DNA of 57,943 nt. Origin: Pedobacter sp. (GTDB taxonomy: Bacteria > Bacteroidota > Bacteroidia > Sphingobacteriales > Sphingobacteriaceae). Position numbers and translations under genes: made by a program. The DNA is taken from positions 1 through 57,943 of the forward strand of contig JAPSHM010000001.1 in NCBI GenBank assembly GCA_031179845.1, given 5' to 3'. Of the stretch, positions 28,636 to 40,561 are shown in pieces (position 1 is the first letter of the stretch; each line of letters begins with the position of its first letter). The notes under the pieces are model-generated. The model was not told the DNA's origin and made no database searches. It saw nothing but the letters and a program-made list of their open reading frames with translations.

Positions 28636-29232
28636 TTAAAGAGGAAGTTGTTTCGCAAATTCTTCAATTTCTGGTTTGATGCTTTGCAGGTAATCAATGT
28701 CATCGAATCCATTCAGCATATTGTCCTTTTTGTAGGGACTGATCTCAAAAGTTTCTTTTTCGCCGGTTGCTAAAAGAGTAATGGTTTGTTCTGCCAGGTT
28801 TACTTCTAATTCCGTGTTCGGATCAGCATGAATGGCGTTAAAAATCTGATCAGCAAATTCTGCGCTAACCTGAACAGGCAATACCCCGATGTTTAAGCAG
28901 TTATTTCGGAAGATATCTGCAAAAAAGCTGGACACTACACATCTGAATCCATAGTCGTAAACTGCCCATGCAGCATGCTCTCTCGAAGAACCTGAACCAA
29001 AGTTTTTACCACCAACTAAAATCTTTCCGCTGTAAACCGGATTGTTTAGGATAAAATCTTTTTTAGGAGTATTGTCAGAATTGTATCTCCAGTCGCGGAA
29101 AAGGTTATCACCGAAACCAACGCGTTCTGTCGCTTTCAAAAAGCGGGCAGGGATCAACTGATCGGTATCTATATTTTCAATTGGAAGCGGAACAGCTGTG
29201 CTTCTTAATACATTAAATTTATCGTAAGCCAT
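28636..29232 (-). CDS. leuD: 3-isopropylmalate dehydratase small subunit
   Basis: NIDTDQLIP, NFGSGSSREHA and FADIF. Confidence 0.97.
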   Translation of the reverse strand: MAYDKFNVLRSTAVPLPIENIDTDQLIPARFLKATERVGFGDNLFRDWRYNSDNTPKKDFILNNPVYSGKILVGGKNFGSGSSREHAAWAVYDYGFRCVVSSFFADIFRNNCLNIGVLPVQVSAEFADQIFNAIHADPNTELEVNLAEQTITLLATGEKETFEISPYKKDNMLNGFDDIDYLQSIKPEIEEFAKQLPL

Positions 29233-29250
29233 TATTAATCTTTTTTTGTG

Positions 29251-30678
29251 TTAGACAAGTTCATTAACATTTTCTTCTACTGTCTCCATCAGCGTTCTTG
29301 GGTCTGTTACTACACCAGTAATTGCTGCCGCTGCAGCAACAAGCGGACTGGCCAGCAAGGTTCTTGAACCTGGACCTTGTCTACCTTCAAAGTTTCTGTT
29401 TGAAGTACTCACGGCGTATTTTCCAGCAGGGATCTTGTCATCATTCATGGCTAAACAAGCAGAGCAGCCTGGTTGACGCAAGGTAAAACCTGCTTCAGTT
29501 AAGATGTCCAATAAACCTTCTTCTTTGATCTGTGCTTCTACAATGTGGGAACCCGGAACCAACCAAACCGTAACATCATCGGCTTTTTGTTTGCCTTTTA
29601 CGATAGAGGTGAAGGCCCTGAAGTCTTCGATTCGACCATTGGTACAGCTACCAACGAAAACAAAGTCTACTTTTTTACCAATCATATGATCTCCTTCAGA
29701 GAAGCCCATATAGTTAAGTGATTTGGCATAGGTTTCAGCTCCACCTTCTGCATGTGCAGCGTCAGGGATATCTTGGGAGATGCCCATTCCCATTCCTGGG
29801 TTCGTACCGTAGGTGATCATCGGTTCAATGGTTGAACCGTTGAAGGTTAATTCTTTATCAAATACTGCATCAGCATCTGTTTTCAACGTTTTGTAATAAG
29901 CCAATGCTCTATCCCACGCTTCCCCTTTAGGGCTGAATTCGCGACCTTTAACATATTCAATAGTAGTTTCATCCGGAGCGATCATACCACCACGAGCACC
30001 CATTTCAATGCTTAAGTTACAAACCGTCATTCGGCCTTCCATGGTCATGTTCTCGAAAACATCACCGGCATATTCTACAAAATAGCCAGTTGCACCCGAA
30101 GTAGTCAATTGTGAAATAATGAACAAGGCAACATCTTTCGGAGTAACTCCAATGCCTAATTTACCATTCACATTGATCCGCATCTTTTTAGGCTTTGGCT
30201 GCATGATACACTGCGTAGAAAGTACCATTTCTACTTCAGAGGTACCGATTCCGAAAGCAATGGCTCCAAATGCACCATGAGTAGAGGTATGTGAGTCGCC
30301 GCAAACAATGGTAGCACCTGGCTGTGTAATCCCGTATTCAGGACCTACAACGTGTACAATACCATTCTTTTGGTGACCTAAACCCCAATGGCTGATGCCG
30401 TATTCATTGGAATTCGATTCCAATGCTTTTAATTGATTTGCAGATAGCGGATCTTCTACTGGTAGATGCTGGTTGATCGTGGGCGTATTGTGATCTGCCG
30501 TAGCAAATGTACGTTCAGGATATAATACTGTTATTCCCCTGCTTTTCAAACCTAAAAAGGCAACAGGGCTGGTCACTTCATGGATCAGATGGCGGTCGAT
30601 AAAAAGCACATCAGGGCCACCTTCAATTTTACGTACTACGTGAGTGTCCCACACTTTATCAAATAATGTCTTGCTCAT
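29251..30678 (-). CDS. leuC: 3-isopropylmalate dehydratase large subunit
   Basis: [25 protein letters not shown] and [12 protein letters not shown]. Confidence 0.98.
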   Translation of the reverse strand: MSKTLFDKVWDTHVVRKIEGGPDVLFIDRHLIHEVTSPVAFLGLKSRGITVLYPERTFATADHNTPTINQHLPVEDPLSANQLKALESNSNEYGISHWGLGHQKNGIVHVVGPEYGITQPGATIVCGDSHTSTHGAFGAIAFGIGTSEVEMVLSTQCIMQPKPKKMRINVNGKLGIGVTPKDVALFIISQLTTSGATGYFVEYAGDVFENMTMEGRMTVCNLSIEMGARGGMIAPDETTIEYVKGREFSPKGEAWDRALAYYKTLKTDADAVFDKELTFNGSTIEPMITYGTNPGMGMGISQDIPDAAHAEGGAETYAKSLNYMGFSEGDHMIGKKVDFVFVGSCTNGRIEDFRAFTSIVKGKQKADDVTVWLVPGSHIVEAQIKEEGLLDILTEAGFTLRQPGCSACLAMNDDKIPAGKYAVSTSNRNFEGRQGPGSRTLLASPLVAAAAAITGVVTDPRTLMETVEENVNELV

Positions 30679-30714
30679 ATTTTTTTTTATTATAAATTTA
30701 ATGTTGTAAGCGGG

Positions 30715-31878
30715 TTATGCCATTTGAGGCTTAACCATCATCAACAAAAGATCCTGGTCATTAATATCTAATTTACTGTCGGCGATCACTAGGAAGCGAT
30801 GATAGACTTCGCTCAATTCTTCTTTGCTTAAATTAAATCCTAAGCGCTCTAAATGAAACTTCAAAGCGTGTCTGCCACTGCGTGCAGTAAGAACAATGCT
30901 TGCGTCCGGGAAACCTACATCTTCTGGACGGATGATCTCATAATTTTCCCTGTTCTTCAAAAACCCATCCTGGTGGATGCCTGAGCTGTGTGCAAAAGCA
31001 TTGCTACCTACGATCGCTTTGTTTGGCTGTACAGGCATTCGCATCTGCGAGCTGACCATACGGCTCAGTTCATAAAAGTTCTTTGTATTGATATTGGTAT
31101 GTAAGCCCAGTATCTGGTGCGTTTTCAAGATCATGACGACTTCTTCGATCGAGGTATTCCCGGCACGTTCACCAATACCGTTTATAGTACCTTCAATTTG
31201 TCTGGCTCCATTCTGTAGACCCGCAATTGAATTGGCTGTAGCCAAACCCAAGTCATTATGGCAATGCACGGATATAATCGCCTGATCAATGTTCTTAACA
31301 TTTTCTTTTAAGAATTTGATCTTGCTTCCATACTGGTCGGGCAGACAATAACCGTTTGTATCTGGTATGTTTACAACAGTTGCACCGGCCGCGATAACAG
31401 CTTCAACCATTTGCGCGAGAAAGTGTACGTCTGCACGACCTGCATCTTCGGCGTAGAATTCAATATCTTCAACTGATTTCTTGGCATATTTTACCGCATC
31501 AACCGCACGTTCAAGAATCTCTTCCCGGGTACTGTTGAACTTATTTTTAATGTGCATGTCGGATGAACCTATTCCGGTATGAATCCGTGGGCGCTTAGCA
31601 TATTGTAATGCAGCAACAGCGGAATCAATATCGCCTTTGTTCGCACGGGTAAGTGCACATATGATTGGCTCAGTAACCGCTTTAGAAAGTTCAACGACAC
31701 TTTGAAAATCGCCGGGACTGGAAATAGGAAATCCCGCCTCAATAATATCCACGCCCAGAGCTTCCAGTTCTTTCGCAATTTCTATTTTTTCTGGGGTTGT
31801 CAATTGGCAACCCGGTACTTGTTCACCGTCACGTAAGGTGGTGTCAAATACATAAACTCTTTTCGGATCGTGTAACAT
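30715..31878 (-). CDS. leuA: 2-isopropylmalate synthase, short form lacking the regulatory domain
   Basis: [24 protein letters not shown] and HSSGIHQDG. 387 aa. Confidence 0.93.
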   Translation of the reverse strand: MLHDPKRVYVFDTTLRDGEQVPGCQLTTPEKIEIAKELEALGVDIIEAGFPISSPGDFQSVVELSKAVTEPIICALTRANKGDIDSAVAALQYAKRPRIHTGIGSSDMHIKNKFNSTREEILERAVDAVKYAKKSVEDIEFYAEDAGRADVHFLAQMVEAVIAAGATVVNIPDTNGYCLPDQYGSKIKFLKENVKNIDQAIISVHCHNDLGLATANSIAGLQNGARQIEGTINGIGERAGNTSIEEVVMILKTHQILGLHTNINTKNFYELSRMVSSQMRMPVQPNKAIVGSNAFAHSSGIHQDGFLKNRENYEIIRPEDVGFPDASIVLTARSGRHALKFHLERLGFNLSKEELSEVYHRFLVIADSKLDINDQDLLLMMVKPQMA

Positions 31879-31889
31879 AATTTTATTTT

Positions 31890-33356
31890 TTAGTTAGTAT
31901 AGATATCGGTTTCAATGGATTTTACTTCGCCGTTTTCTAGTAATATTCTTTTTTCAATACAGCTTGGTATCTGCGCATCGAAATGGCCGACATAAATCAA
32001 TGTCGTTCCATTTTTACAAAGGTCATCCACAAGCCTGTTAAAATGCTCAGTTTGTTGTTGGTCTAATCCCTGGCAAGGTTCGTCCAGTATCAAAATTTCC
32101 GGGTTTTTAATAATTGTACGGGCCAATAAGGCCAGTCGCTGTTTGCCCAATGGAAGTTCATTCATCAGCGTGTTTTTATATTCATCCAGCCCGAAGTAAC
32201 TGATCAGCTCATCGGTCTGGGATTTTTTTGAATAGCCCGGATCACAAAATAAACCAGAGCTATCGTAAAAACCTGAGACGACGCTTTGCCAGACGGTAGC
32301 AGAGGGATCAAAATACCAATGCAACTCAGGAGAAATTAAACCAATCCGTTCCTTAATCTCCCAGATGCTTTCGCCGGATCCCCTTTTGTTTCCAAACAGG
32401 TGAAAATTATTGGCATAAGCTTGAGGATGATCGCCGCAGATTAAACTTAGCAAAGTTGATTTTCCCGATCCATTATGACCATGTAAAACCCATTTTTCTC
32501 CCGCGTTCACCTCCCAATTGATATTTTTAAGGACTTTCTTCTCCCCATAGCTGATCGTAACATCGATCATTTTTATGATTTCTCCTGAAGGCCTTAAAGA
32601 AACTGCATCAGTTAAAAATGCAGGAACAGGCCTATTCACCGATTTGGTTCCCTTCAAATTTCTCTCATGACCAGCAATTTCGACCAGCTGTCCCTCCTTG
32701 ATCATCGCAAAGCGATTAATGCAGTCGGGTACTTCGGTTTCGTTACTGATCAGGATCAGCTGGGTACCAGCTTTAGCAATTTCCTCCAAAAGTGTATTTA
32801 AATTCCGGCGGGAAGTTGAATCCAGCCCGTTGTAGGGGAGGTCTAATATCAACAGCTGCGGCTTCAACCACAACGACTTCACCAACTGTAGTTTTTTATG
32901 TTCTCCGCTGGATAACTGAATGAGCGTAGCGTCCTTTTGTTCCGAAAAACCAAGTGCAGCAAGAATGGTATCCAACGCATCAATTGGCAATGCGTGTTTT
33001 TTACCAAAACTCTCCAATTCTGTTTTTACTGTTGCGGTCGTTTCTGCGGATTGTTTATTATAACGCTGTTGATAATAGAAGTTAGACTGGCCTTCCAGAT
33101 CCTTAAATTGAAACCAGTTAGCAACGTAGTAAACCAGGGGCGGCAATTCGCGCTCCTGGTTAAACGTAATCTCTATATTACCATAACTATGTGTAAGGCC
33201 TGAGATGGCCTTAGCTAATGATGTTTTACCACTTCCGCTTTCACCGCATAACAACCAATGCTCATCACCTTTTATAGTCCAGTTCAAGTCCTGTAATACA
33301 GGCTTGTGCTGGTACTTTAGATTGAGATTGGTGATTTTGACGACGGGTTGCGACAT
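31890..33356 (-). CDS. ModF-like twin-NBD ABC ATPase
   Basis: Two Walker A motifs ([16 protein letters not shown]), plus GDHPQAYAN and [17 protein letters not shown] typical of ModF. Confidence 0.85.
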   Translation of the reverse strand: MSQPVVKITNLNLKYQHKPVLQDLNWTIKGDEHWLLCGESGSGKTSLAKAISGLTHSYGNIEITFNQERELPPLVYYVANWFQFKDLEGQSNFYYQQRYNKQSAETTATVKTELESFGKKHALPIDALDTILAALGFSEQKDATLIQLSSGEHKKLQLVKSLWLKPQLLILDLPYNGLDSTSRRNLNTLLEEIAKAGTQLILISNETEVPDCINRFAMIKEGQLVEIAGHERNLKGTKSVNRPVPAFLTDAVSLRPSGEIIKMIDVTISYGEKKVLKNINWEVNAGEKWVLHGHNGSGKSTLLSLICGDHPQAYANNFHLFGNKRGSGESIWEIKERIGLISPELHWYFDPSATVWQSVVSGFYDSSGLFCDPGYSKKSQTDELISYFGLDEYKNTLMNELPLGKQRLALLARTIIKNPEILILDEPCQGLDQQQTEHFNRLVDDLCKNGTTLIYVGHFDAQIPSCIEKRILLENGEVKSIETDIYTN

Positions 33357-33360
33357 GGTT

Positions 33361-34842
33361 TTATGCTGTTTTAATTGATTTCATAGCGGTCATTGCTTTT
33401 CTTAATTTAGCACCGATGGTTTCAACCTGGTGCGTACGAAGCGCTTCATTTATTGCAATAAGTGATTGGTTATCTACACCACCATCTTTACCTTCATTGA
33501 AATTTTTACCAACAAGATCAGTATCTACTTTGGTCATAAAGTCTTTTAGTAATGGTTTACATGCCTGATCAAAAAGGTAACAGCCGTATTCTGCGGTATC
33601 AGAAATTACGCGGTTCATTTCAAATAATTTCTTACGTGCAATGGTATTTGCAATCAGTGGAGTTTCGTGTAATGACTCATAATAAGCAGATTCTGGTTTA
33701 ATACCAGCCTGAACCATAGTTTCGAAAGCCAGTTCAACACCTGCTCTGACAAAAGCAACCATAAGCGTATAATTGTCAAAGTATTCCTGTTCTGCAATCT
33801 TCACATCACCTGCCGGAGTCTTTTCAAAAGCCGTTTCGCCGGTCGCTGCACGCCATGCCAATAGGTTCTTATCACCATTTGCCCAGTCTTCCATCATCAC
33901 ACGGCTAAATTCACCGCTCATGATATCATCCTGATGTTTTTGAAACAACGGGCGCATGATGTCTTTCAATTCTTCAGAAACTTCAAACGCTTTAATTTTA
34001 GCAGGATTGCTTAACCTGTCCATCATACCAGTAACACCACCATGCTTAAGGGCTTCAGTAATCACTTCAACACCATATTGAACTAATTTAGAAGCATAGC
34101 CTGCATCTATTCCTTTTTCGATCATTTTATCGAAAGAAAGGATCGAGCCTGTTTGTAATAAACCACATAGAATGGTTTGTTCACCCATTAAGTCAGATTT
34201 TACTTCGGCAACAAATGACGATCTTAAAACGCCGGCTCTGTGACCACCTGTTCCAACACAGTAAGCTTTTGCCTGTGCAAGACCTTTTCCTTCCGGATTG
34301 TTTTCAGGATGTACAGCGATTAAGGTAGGAACGCCAAAGCCTCTAACATATTCAGCTCTAACTTCACTTCCCGGACATTTCGGGGCCACCATGATTACCG
34401 TAATATCTTTACGGATCTGCATTCCCTCTTCAACAATATTGAATCCATGAGAATACAAAAGGGTAGCACCTTGTTTCATCAATGGCATTATTGCATTCAC
34501 TACAGCGGTATGTTGTTTATCAGGAGTAAGGTTAACCACTACGTCGGCAGATGGAATCAACTCTTCGTAGGTACCAACGGTGAAATTATTTTCAGTTGCA
34601 TTTTTCCAGGAGTCTCTTTTGCCTTCAATAGCTTCCTTACGCAATGTATAGGATACGTCTAAACCACTATCTCTTAGATTTAAACCTTGGTTTAAGCCTT
34701 GTGCACCACAGCCCACAATTACCAGTTTCTTTCCTTTCAATACATTCACACCGTCCAGAAATTCGCCGCTATCCATGAAATCACAAACGCCCAATTGGTT
34801 AAGTTGTTCTCTAAGAGGTAATGTGTTAAAGTAATTTGACAT
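33361..34842 (-). CDS. ilvC: Ketol-acid reductoisomerase (long, class II)
   Basis: [28 protein letters not shown] and ISDTAEYG. Confidence 0.98.
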   Translation of the reverse strand: MSNYFNTLPLREQLNQLGVCDFMDSGEFLDGVNVLKGKKLVIVGCGAQGLNQGLNLRDSGLDVSYTLRKEAIEGKRDSWKNATENNFTVGTYEELIPSADVVVNLTPDKQHTAVVNAIMPLMKQGATLLYSHGFNIVEEGMQIRKDITVIMVAPKCPGSEVRAEYVRGFGVPTLIAVHPENNPEGKGLAQAKAYCVGTGGHRAGVLRSSFVAEVKSDLMGEQTILCGLLQTGSILSFDKMIEKGIDAGYASKLVQYGVEVITEALKHGGVTGMMDRLSNPAKIKAFEVSEELKDIMRPLFQKHQDDIMSGEFSRVMMEDWANGDKNLLAWRAATGETAFEKTPAGDVKIAEQEYFDNYTLMVAFVRAGVELAFETMVQAGIKPESAYYESLHETPLIANTIARKKLFEMNRVISDTAEYGCYLFDQACKPLLKDFMTKVDTDLVGKNFNEGKDGGVDNQSLIAINEALRTHQVETIGAKLRKAMTAMKSIKTA

Positions 34843-34882
34843 CGTTTTTATTGTTTTAAATTTTTAAGGTTTCGTTTAATAT

Positions 34883-35347
34883 TTATTTGTTATTGATTAC
34901 TTTTCTAATGGTAGCAGCAACTCCGTAATGATAGGAATCGTGCACTGCAACAAACTGGATCGCTTCAGCTGTGCTTGTTAGAGTTACACCGAAGGCAGTA
35001 GTAAATGCGTTGTAGTTGACGAATTTGTTACTGTCGAAGTCTTCGGCCAACTGGTCTATTGTAGCGCGCATATGATCCTTAATGGAAGCTATTTCGTCAG
35101 CCCCAATAGCAGCTTCCGGTCTTGTGCCTTTACCAAAAGGCCGTATATATTGCTTTTCAATGGTGGGTTCAAGACCAGCTGCCAGGTAACATAAGGCTTG
35201 CTGACTGGCAACGATATGTCCAAAGTTCCAGATCATGTTGTTATTAAAGCCTGCTGGGACTACATTAAGCTCTTCAACAGTTGATCCTTCGATCAGCTGA
35301 ATGAAGTTTTCACGTGTTTGCCTGATTACATTTAAAAGGTATTCCAT
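34883..35347 (-). CDS. DinB-family protein
   Basis: PAGFNNNMIWNFGH and HDSYH give the His triad of the DinB/YfiT fold. Confidence 0.85.
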   Translation of the reverse strand: MEYLLNVIRQTRENFIQLIEGSTVEELNVVPAGFNNNMIWNFGHIVASQQALCYLAAGLEPTIEKQYIRPFGKGTRPEAAIGADEIASIKDHMRATIDQLAEDFDSNKFVNYNAFTTAFGVTLTSTAEAIQFVAVHDSYHYGVAATIRKVINNK

Positions 35348-35360
35348 TTATTTTTAGAAT

Positions 35361-35978
35361 TTACATCGTAAATACATTCTTTTCTTTATCAAGAAACTCG
35401 TTTTCAATCACATCTTCTCCAGGTTCTCTGCGTTCAAATTCCCTCAGTTTCCGGTTAAAACCTTCACTGTCTTTAATGATTGCCACTCTTGCGCTTCTTA
35501 CAAATTCAATTAATCCATAAGGCTGCAATACCTCTATCAGTTTGTCGGTTTCTTCCCGATGCCCTGTGGTCTCGAAAACAGTATAGTCTTTACGGATCAC
35601 TACTGCTCTGGCGCCATTCTCACGAAGCAGGCGCTCTACAGAAACCAGCTCAGCAATGGTGTCCGTAGGAACTTTGTACAAAGCCATTTCCTGCCAGATG
35701 ATATCCTGATTGGTATTGTAATAGACCTTTAAAACTTCTACCTGTTTCTCGATCTGGCGCGACAGTTTACGCACCACCTCTTCCGTCTCATGAATCAGGA
35801 TGTTGAAGCGATGAATGTGTTCAATCTCAGAAGGGGAAGTATTCAGACTTTCAATATTTATCTTTCTTCTCGAAAAGATAATAGCAATACGGTTCAGTAT
35901 GCCAATTCTATTTTCGGTGTATACAGTAATTGTAAATTCCTGCTTTCCTGTTGTTTCTATTTCGTTGGAATTGCTCAT
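35361..35978 (-). CDS. ilvN: Acetolactate synthase small subunit
   Basis: ACT domain ENRIGILNRIAIIFSRRKINIESL and GLIEFVRS. Confidence 0.95.
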   Translation of the reverse strand: MSNSNEIETTGKQEFTITVYTENRIGILNRIAIIFSRRKINIESLNTSPSEIEHIHRFNILIHETEEVVRKLSRQIEKQVEVLKVYYNTNQDIIWQEMALYKVPTDTIAELVSVERLLRENGARAVVIRKDYTVFETTGHREETDKLIEVLQPYGLIEFVRSARVAIIKDSEGFNRKLREFERREPGEDVIENEFLDKEKNVFTM

Positions 35979-35986
35979 GATCTAAA

Positions 35987-37726
35987 TTATTTAAGTCTGA
36001 TTTCGCTAACGCTCATACCTTGTGGAACCATCGGAAATACGTTGTGTTCCTGAGCAACCATTACTTCTAAAAGGAATGAACCAGGATGATCCAACATTTC
36101 TTTCAGCGCTCCGGCGAGTTCTTCGCGCTCAGTAATCTTTTTTCCGGCGATGTAATACGAATCAGCCAGCTTTACAAAATCAGGACTGGTGATGTTTACT
36201 GACGAATAACGTTTGTCATGGAACAACTGTTGCCATTGGCGAACCATGCCTAAAAATCTGTTATTCAAAATCATGATCTTAACATTAACCCCACTTTGCA
36301 TGATCGTTCCCAATTCCTGTAGCGTCATTTGAAAACCACCATCGCCGATCACAGCAACTACTGTTCTGTCAGGGGTGCCAAATTTAGCACCTATGGCAGC
36401 TGGAAGACCAAAACCCATTGTACCTAACCCGCCACTCGTAATATTGCTTCTGGTGTGGTTAAACTTCGCATAGCGGCAAGCCACCATTTGATGCTGACCA
36501 ACATCTGTCACAATTACGGCTTCACCTTTGGTTAAAACATTCAACTGATGAATCACTTCGCCCATGGTCATTTCACCACTTTCCGGACTCAATTCCTTTC
36601 CAATGAGTTGTTCCTGTTCCGTTTGGTCGAAAGCCCTGAACTCTGCTAACCATTCTGTATGTTTTTTAGCCTCAACCAATTCGGTCAGCAAGGGTAAAGT
36701 TTCTTTACAGTCACCCCAAACCGGAACATCAGCTTTAACGTTCTTATCAATTTCCGCCGGATCGATGTCCAGGTGGATCACTTTAGCCTGTTTTGCATAT
36801 TTATCCAGACGGCCGGTCACACGATCATCGAAGCGCATTCCAATCGCGATCAGTACATCACAGGAGTTGGTTTGTACGTTAGGTCCATAGTTCCCATGCA
36901 TCCCCAACATCCCTACATTCAACGGGTGGTCTGTTGAAATGGCTCCTGCGCCTAAAATTGTCCATGCTGCAGGAATGCCGCTTTTTTCTATGAAAGCTTT
37001 GAACTCCTGTTCGGCACTACCCAGTGATACACCCTGTCCGAATAATACGAAAGGCTTTTTCGCAGCATTGATCATCGCTGCGGCTTTTTCTATATATTCT
37101 TTTCTAACAACTGGTCTGGGGCGGTAGCTTCGGATGTGTTCGCAAGGAGTATAACCTTCGTAATCGAACATTTGTAACTGGGCATTTTTGGTAATGTCTA
37201 TTAGAACCGGACCAGGGCGACCGCTACGTGCGATATAAAAAGCTTTAGCCAATGCGGCAGGAATTTCAGAGGCATCAGTTACCTGGTAGTTCCATTTGGT
37301 CACAGGAGTGGTAATGTTGATCACGTCAGTTTCCTGGAAAGCATCTGTTCCCAGCAAATGCGCAAACACCTGTCCCGTGATGCATACCATCGGTGTACTG
37401 TCAATCTGTGCATCGGCCAAACCAGTTACCAGGTTTGTTGCGCCTGGGCCGCTTGTTGCAAATACAACTCCAACCTTTCCGGAAGTTCTTGCGTAACCCT
37501 GAGCAGCATGGGTTGCCCCTTGCTCATGGCGGACAAGTATATGTTTCAATTTTTCGTCATAGTCGTACAGTGCATCATATATTGGCATGATCGCACCACC
37601 TGGGTAACCAAAAACGATGTCGGTACCTTCAGCAATTAATCCTTCCAATAGCGCGACAGAACCAGAAACGTTGATCGTCTTTTTGGGTTCTGTTTGGGTG
37701 GTCGGTACCTCTTGTGCTGTATCCAT
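35987..37726 (-). CDS. ilvB: Acetolactate synthase large subunit
   Basis: FGYPGG, RHEQ, TSGPGATN, RFDDRVTG, DVGQHQM and GDGGFQM..NN. Confidence 0.97.
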   Translation of the reverse strand: MDTAQEVPTTQTEPKKTINVSGSVALLEGLIAEGTDIVFGYPGGAIMPIYDALYDYDEKLKHILVRHEQGATHAAQGYARTSGKVGVVFATSGPGATNLVTGLADAQIDSTPMVCITGQVFAHLLGTDAFQETDVINITTPVTKWNYQVTDASEIPAALAKAFYIARSGRPGPVLIDITKNAQLQMFDYEGYTPCEHIRSYRPRPVVRKEYIEKAAAMINAAKKPFVLFGQGVSLGSAEQEFKAFIEKSGIPAAWTILGAGAISTDHPLNVGMLGMHGNYGPNVQTNSCDVLIAIGMRFDDRVTGRLDKYAKQAKVIHLDIDPAEIDKNVKADVPVWGDCKETLPLLTELVEAKKHTEWLAEFRAFDQTEQEQLIGKELSPESGEMTMGEVIHQLNVLTKGEAVIVTDVGQHQMVACRYAKFNHTRSNITSGGLGTMGFGLPAAIGAKFGTPDRTVVAVIGDGGFQMTLQELGTIMQSGVNVKIMILNNRFLGMVRQWQQLFHDKRYSSVNITSPDFVKLADSYYIAGKKITEREELAGALKEMLDHPGSFLLEVMVAQEHNVFPMVPQGMSVSEIRLK

Positions 37727-37762
37727 TGTCTTATATTTAGGTAATGTGTTTTTTAGGTTTGT

Positions 37763-39460
37763 TTAATTGGTATAAGCATCAGTAACGCAGCCTTCACTGG
37801 CATCACTTACTTGTTTAATGTATTTATAGAGTACGCCTTTTGTGACGGGTGGAGGCAGCTGTGTCCATACCGCTCTGCGGGTGGCCAGTTGCTCATCTGT
37901 CAGGTGAACATTGATTGCGTTACCTACCGCGTCTATGGTAATGATGTCGTCATCATGTACCAGTGCGATGTTCCCGCCATCCCATGCTTCAGGAGTGATG
38001 TGACCCACCACAAATCCATGTGTACCACCTGAGAAACGACCGTCTGTGATTAATGCTACCGATTTACCCAGGCCCGCACCAATAATTAATGAAGTGGGTT
38101 TCAACATCTCTGGCATTCCTGGTGCGCCTTTTGGCCCTACCTGTCTGATCACCACAACATCTCCGCTTTTCACCCTTCCGCTTTGGATTCCGGCCATCAG
38201 TGATTTTTCACCGTCAAAGACACGAGCTGGACCTGTAAATTTCTCGCCTTCTTTACCACTGATCTTTGCTACAGAACCTTTGGTTGCAAGGTTTCCGTAT
38301 AACATTTGCAGGTGACCAGTTTCTTTAATAGGGTTTTCTATTGGGAATATGATCTTTTGCGTCTCAAAATCCAGGTCGACAGCATCAGCAACGTTTTCCG
38401 CCAATGTTTTGCCGGTAACGGTGATACAATCACCATGAACCAATCCAACTTTAAGTAAGTATTTCAACACCGCCGGTACACCACCAATTTCGTGAAGGTC
38501 TTCCATTAAATAATTGCCGCTTGGTTTCAAATCGCCCAAGACCGGTGTGCCATCGCTCACGCGCTGAAAGTCTTCCAACTTCAGATTTAAACCTACGGAT
38601 TTAGACATGGCAATTAAATGCAAAACTGCGTTGGTCGAACCACCCAATACCATCACTATTACGATTGCATTGTGAAATGCTTTTTCGGTCATGATATCGG
38701 TAGGGCAAATGTTTCTTTCCAGCAGGATGCGGATATATTTTCCGGCATCAGTACATTCTTTCTTTTTTTCTTCACTGGTGGCAGGGTAGGAGGAACTGTA
38801 AGGCAAGCTCATACCTAACGCTTCGATCGCTGAAGCCATGGTGTTTGCCGTGTACATACCACCACATGCACCTGCACCTGGACAAGCGTTTCTAATCACA
38901 CCCTGAAAATCTTCTTCTTCCAGGTTGCCTGCTAATTTCTGTCCCAGTGCTTCAAAAGCAGAAACTATATTTAATGAGGCACCTTTATATTTTCCGGAGT
39001 GAATACTTCCACCGTATACCATGATCGATGGGCGATTTAATCGGCCCATTGCCATGATCGACCCTGGCATGTTTTTGTCACATCCCGGAACCGTGATCAA
39101 TCCGTCATAATACTGACCGCCACAAATGGTTTCAATGGAATCTGCGATAACATCCCTGGAAACCAAAGAATAGCGCATGCCATCGGTACCGTTAGACATT
39201 CCATCACTTACGCCGATAGTACCGAACGTTAAGCCAACCATATCATTATTCCAGACACCTTCTTTTACAATTTGAGCAAGATCATTTAAGTGCATGTTGC
39301 AGGTGTTTCCATCATATCCCATGCTGGCAATACCGACCTGTGCCTTATCCATATCTGCTTTGGTCAATCCGATCCCGTATAACATGGCTTGCGCAGCTGG
39401 TTGAGTTGGATCTTGTGTAAAGGTTTTACTGTATCTGTTTATTTCTGGTTTTTGTGACAT
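37763..39460 (-). CDS. ilvD: Dihydroxy-acid dehydratase
   Basis: [36 protein letters not shown] and TDGRFSG. Confidence 0.98.
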   Translation of the reverse strand: MSQKPEINRYSKTFTQDPTQPAAQAMLYGIGLTKADMDKAQVGIASMGYDGNTCNMHLNDLAQIVKEGVWNNDMVGLTFGTIGVSDGMSNGTDGMRYSLVSRDVIADSIETICGGQYYDGLITVPGCDKNMPGSIMAMGRLNRPSIMVYGGSIHSGKYKGASLNIVSAFEALGQKLAGNLEEEDFQGVIRNACPGAGACGGMYTANTMASAIEALGMSLPYSSSYPATSEEKKKECTDAGKYIRILLERNICPTDIMTEKAFHNAIVIVMVLGGSTNAVLHLIAMSKSVGLNLKLEDFQRVSDGTPVLGDLKPSGNYLMEDLHEIGGVPAVLKYLLKVGLVHGDCITVTGKTLAENVADAVDLDFETQKIIFPIENPIKETGHLQMLYGNLATKGSVAKISGKEGEKFTGPARVFDGEKSLMAGIQSGRVKSGDVVVIRQVGPKGAPGMPEMLKPTSLIIGAGLGKSVALITDGRFSGGTHGFVVGHITPEAWDGGNIALVHDDDIITIDAVGNAINVHLTDEQLATRRAVWTQLPPPVTKGVLYKYIKQVSDASEGCVTDAYTN

Positions 39461-39495
39461 ATTATATGGTGGTTCGTTTTTATTTTTTATAGTGA

Positions 39496-40386
39496 TTATA
39501 TAATTACTTCGTAGTTCTGCTTTTCTAAGACAAGATTCTTATAGGTGCGCTGAAGCGTCGCGCCCAGGGTATCGACCCATCTGATTGGGAATTTGTAATC
39601 GTCAACCGAAGCGATTCCGGCAATTTCAGAGGCTGTACCGCAGAAGAAAGCGCTGTCGGCTTGCTTAAGTTCATCTACGGATAGGTGTCTTTCAGTTACT
39701 TCAATGTCAAGAACGTTGCAGAGCTCTATTATTGTGGCGCGGGTTATTCCGGGCAAGATGTTCCCCAGGGGAGGAGTTATAAGTTTACCATTTTTCTCCA
39801 TAAAGATATTGGCACCCGGACCTTCAGCAACGTTCTGGTTCATATCCAGTAATAATGCCTCATCAAATCCCTTACTCTTCGCTTCAGTTGTCGCCAATAT
39901 AGAGTTGACATAATTGCCGCTAAGTTTGGCTTCTATCGGAGTGGACTTTGGGTTAGGCCTTTCATAGTTTGAAATACAAACCTTCAATTGTTCATGACCA
40001 AGGTAAGCGTCCCACTCCCAGGCGCAAATTAAGATAGACGGCTTTGTACCACCTATAAGTGACATGTTCGGAGCGCAATAGATTAACGGGCGGATGTATG
40101 CGTTTTTAAGCTTATTAAGCTTTAACAACTGATAGGTTTGTTCCACTAAATTGTTTACGTCCCATGGGAATGGGATATGTACCAGTTCAGCGGACCGCTT
40201 CAACCTTTCAAAATGCTCTTTGGCCTTAAAAATTCTGGTACCGTTATGGGTGTTGTATGCTCTTATTCCTTCAAATACAGCATAGCCATAATGTAAGGAC
40301 TGCCCGTATACATCGGCAGTCGTATCAGTTGCTTTCTGAAACTGGCCGTTTAAATAGAGCACCGTATTTGATTTGAAATATTGCAT
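39496..40386 (-). CDS. ilvE: Branched-chain amino acid aminotransferase
   Basis: [35 protein letters not shown] and GTASE. Confidence 0.96.
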   Translation of the reverse strand: MQYFKSNTVLYLNGQFQKATDTTADVYGQSLHYGYAVFEGIRAYNTHNGTRIFKAKEHFERLKRSAELVHIPFPWDVNNLVEQTYQLLKLNKLKNAYIRPLIYCAPNMSLIGGTKPSILICAWEWDAYLGHEQLKVCISNYERPNPKSTPIEAKLSGNYVNSILATTEAKSKGFDEALLLDMNQNVAEGPGANIFMEKNGKLITPPLGNILPGITRATIIELCNVLDIEVTERHLSVDELKQADSAFFCGTASEIAGIASVDDYKFPIRWVDTLGATLQRTYKNLVLEKQNYEVII

Positions 40387-40423
40387 TGGTTATAGGTATG
40401 TTTTATGTGGTATTTGCATCATT

Positions 40424-40451
40424 AAAAAAGCGCCACTTGTGGGGGGCGCTT
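40424..40451 (-). terminator. Attenuator terminator of the ilv-leu operon
   Basis: Minus strand reads AAGCGCC-CCCCACAAGT-GGCGCTT-TTTT. Confidence 0.85.
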
Positions 40452-40477
40452 GCATATATTTTTTGTTAAAAATTCAT

Positions 40478-40561
40478 TTACAGCGCCTTATTCTTCTGAA
40501 GTATCAGAAGAATAACCAGGTTAATAATGACATTAAATAACACTGTAATTGAACGGTTCAT
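40478..40561 (-). CDS. Ile/Leu/Val-rich attenuation leader peptide (27 aa)
   Basis: MNRSITVLFNVIINLVILLILQKNKAL*, with 14 of 27 codons I/L/V. It overlaps a 12-bp hairpin and precedes a terminator upstream of ilvE. Confidence 0.88.
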   Translation of the reverse strand: MNRSITVLFNVIINLVILLILQKNKAL

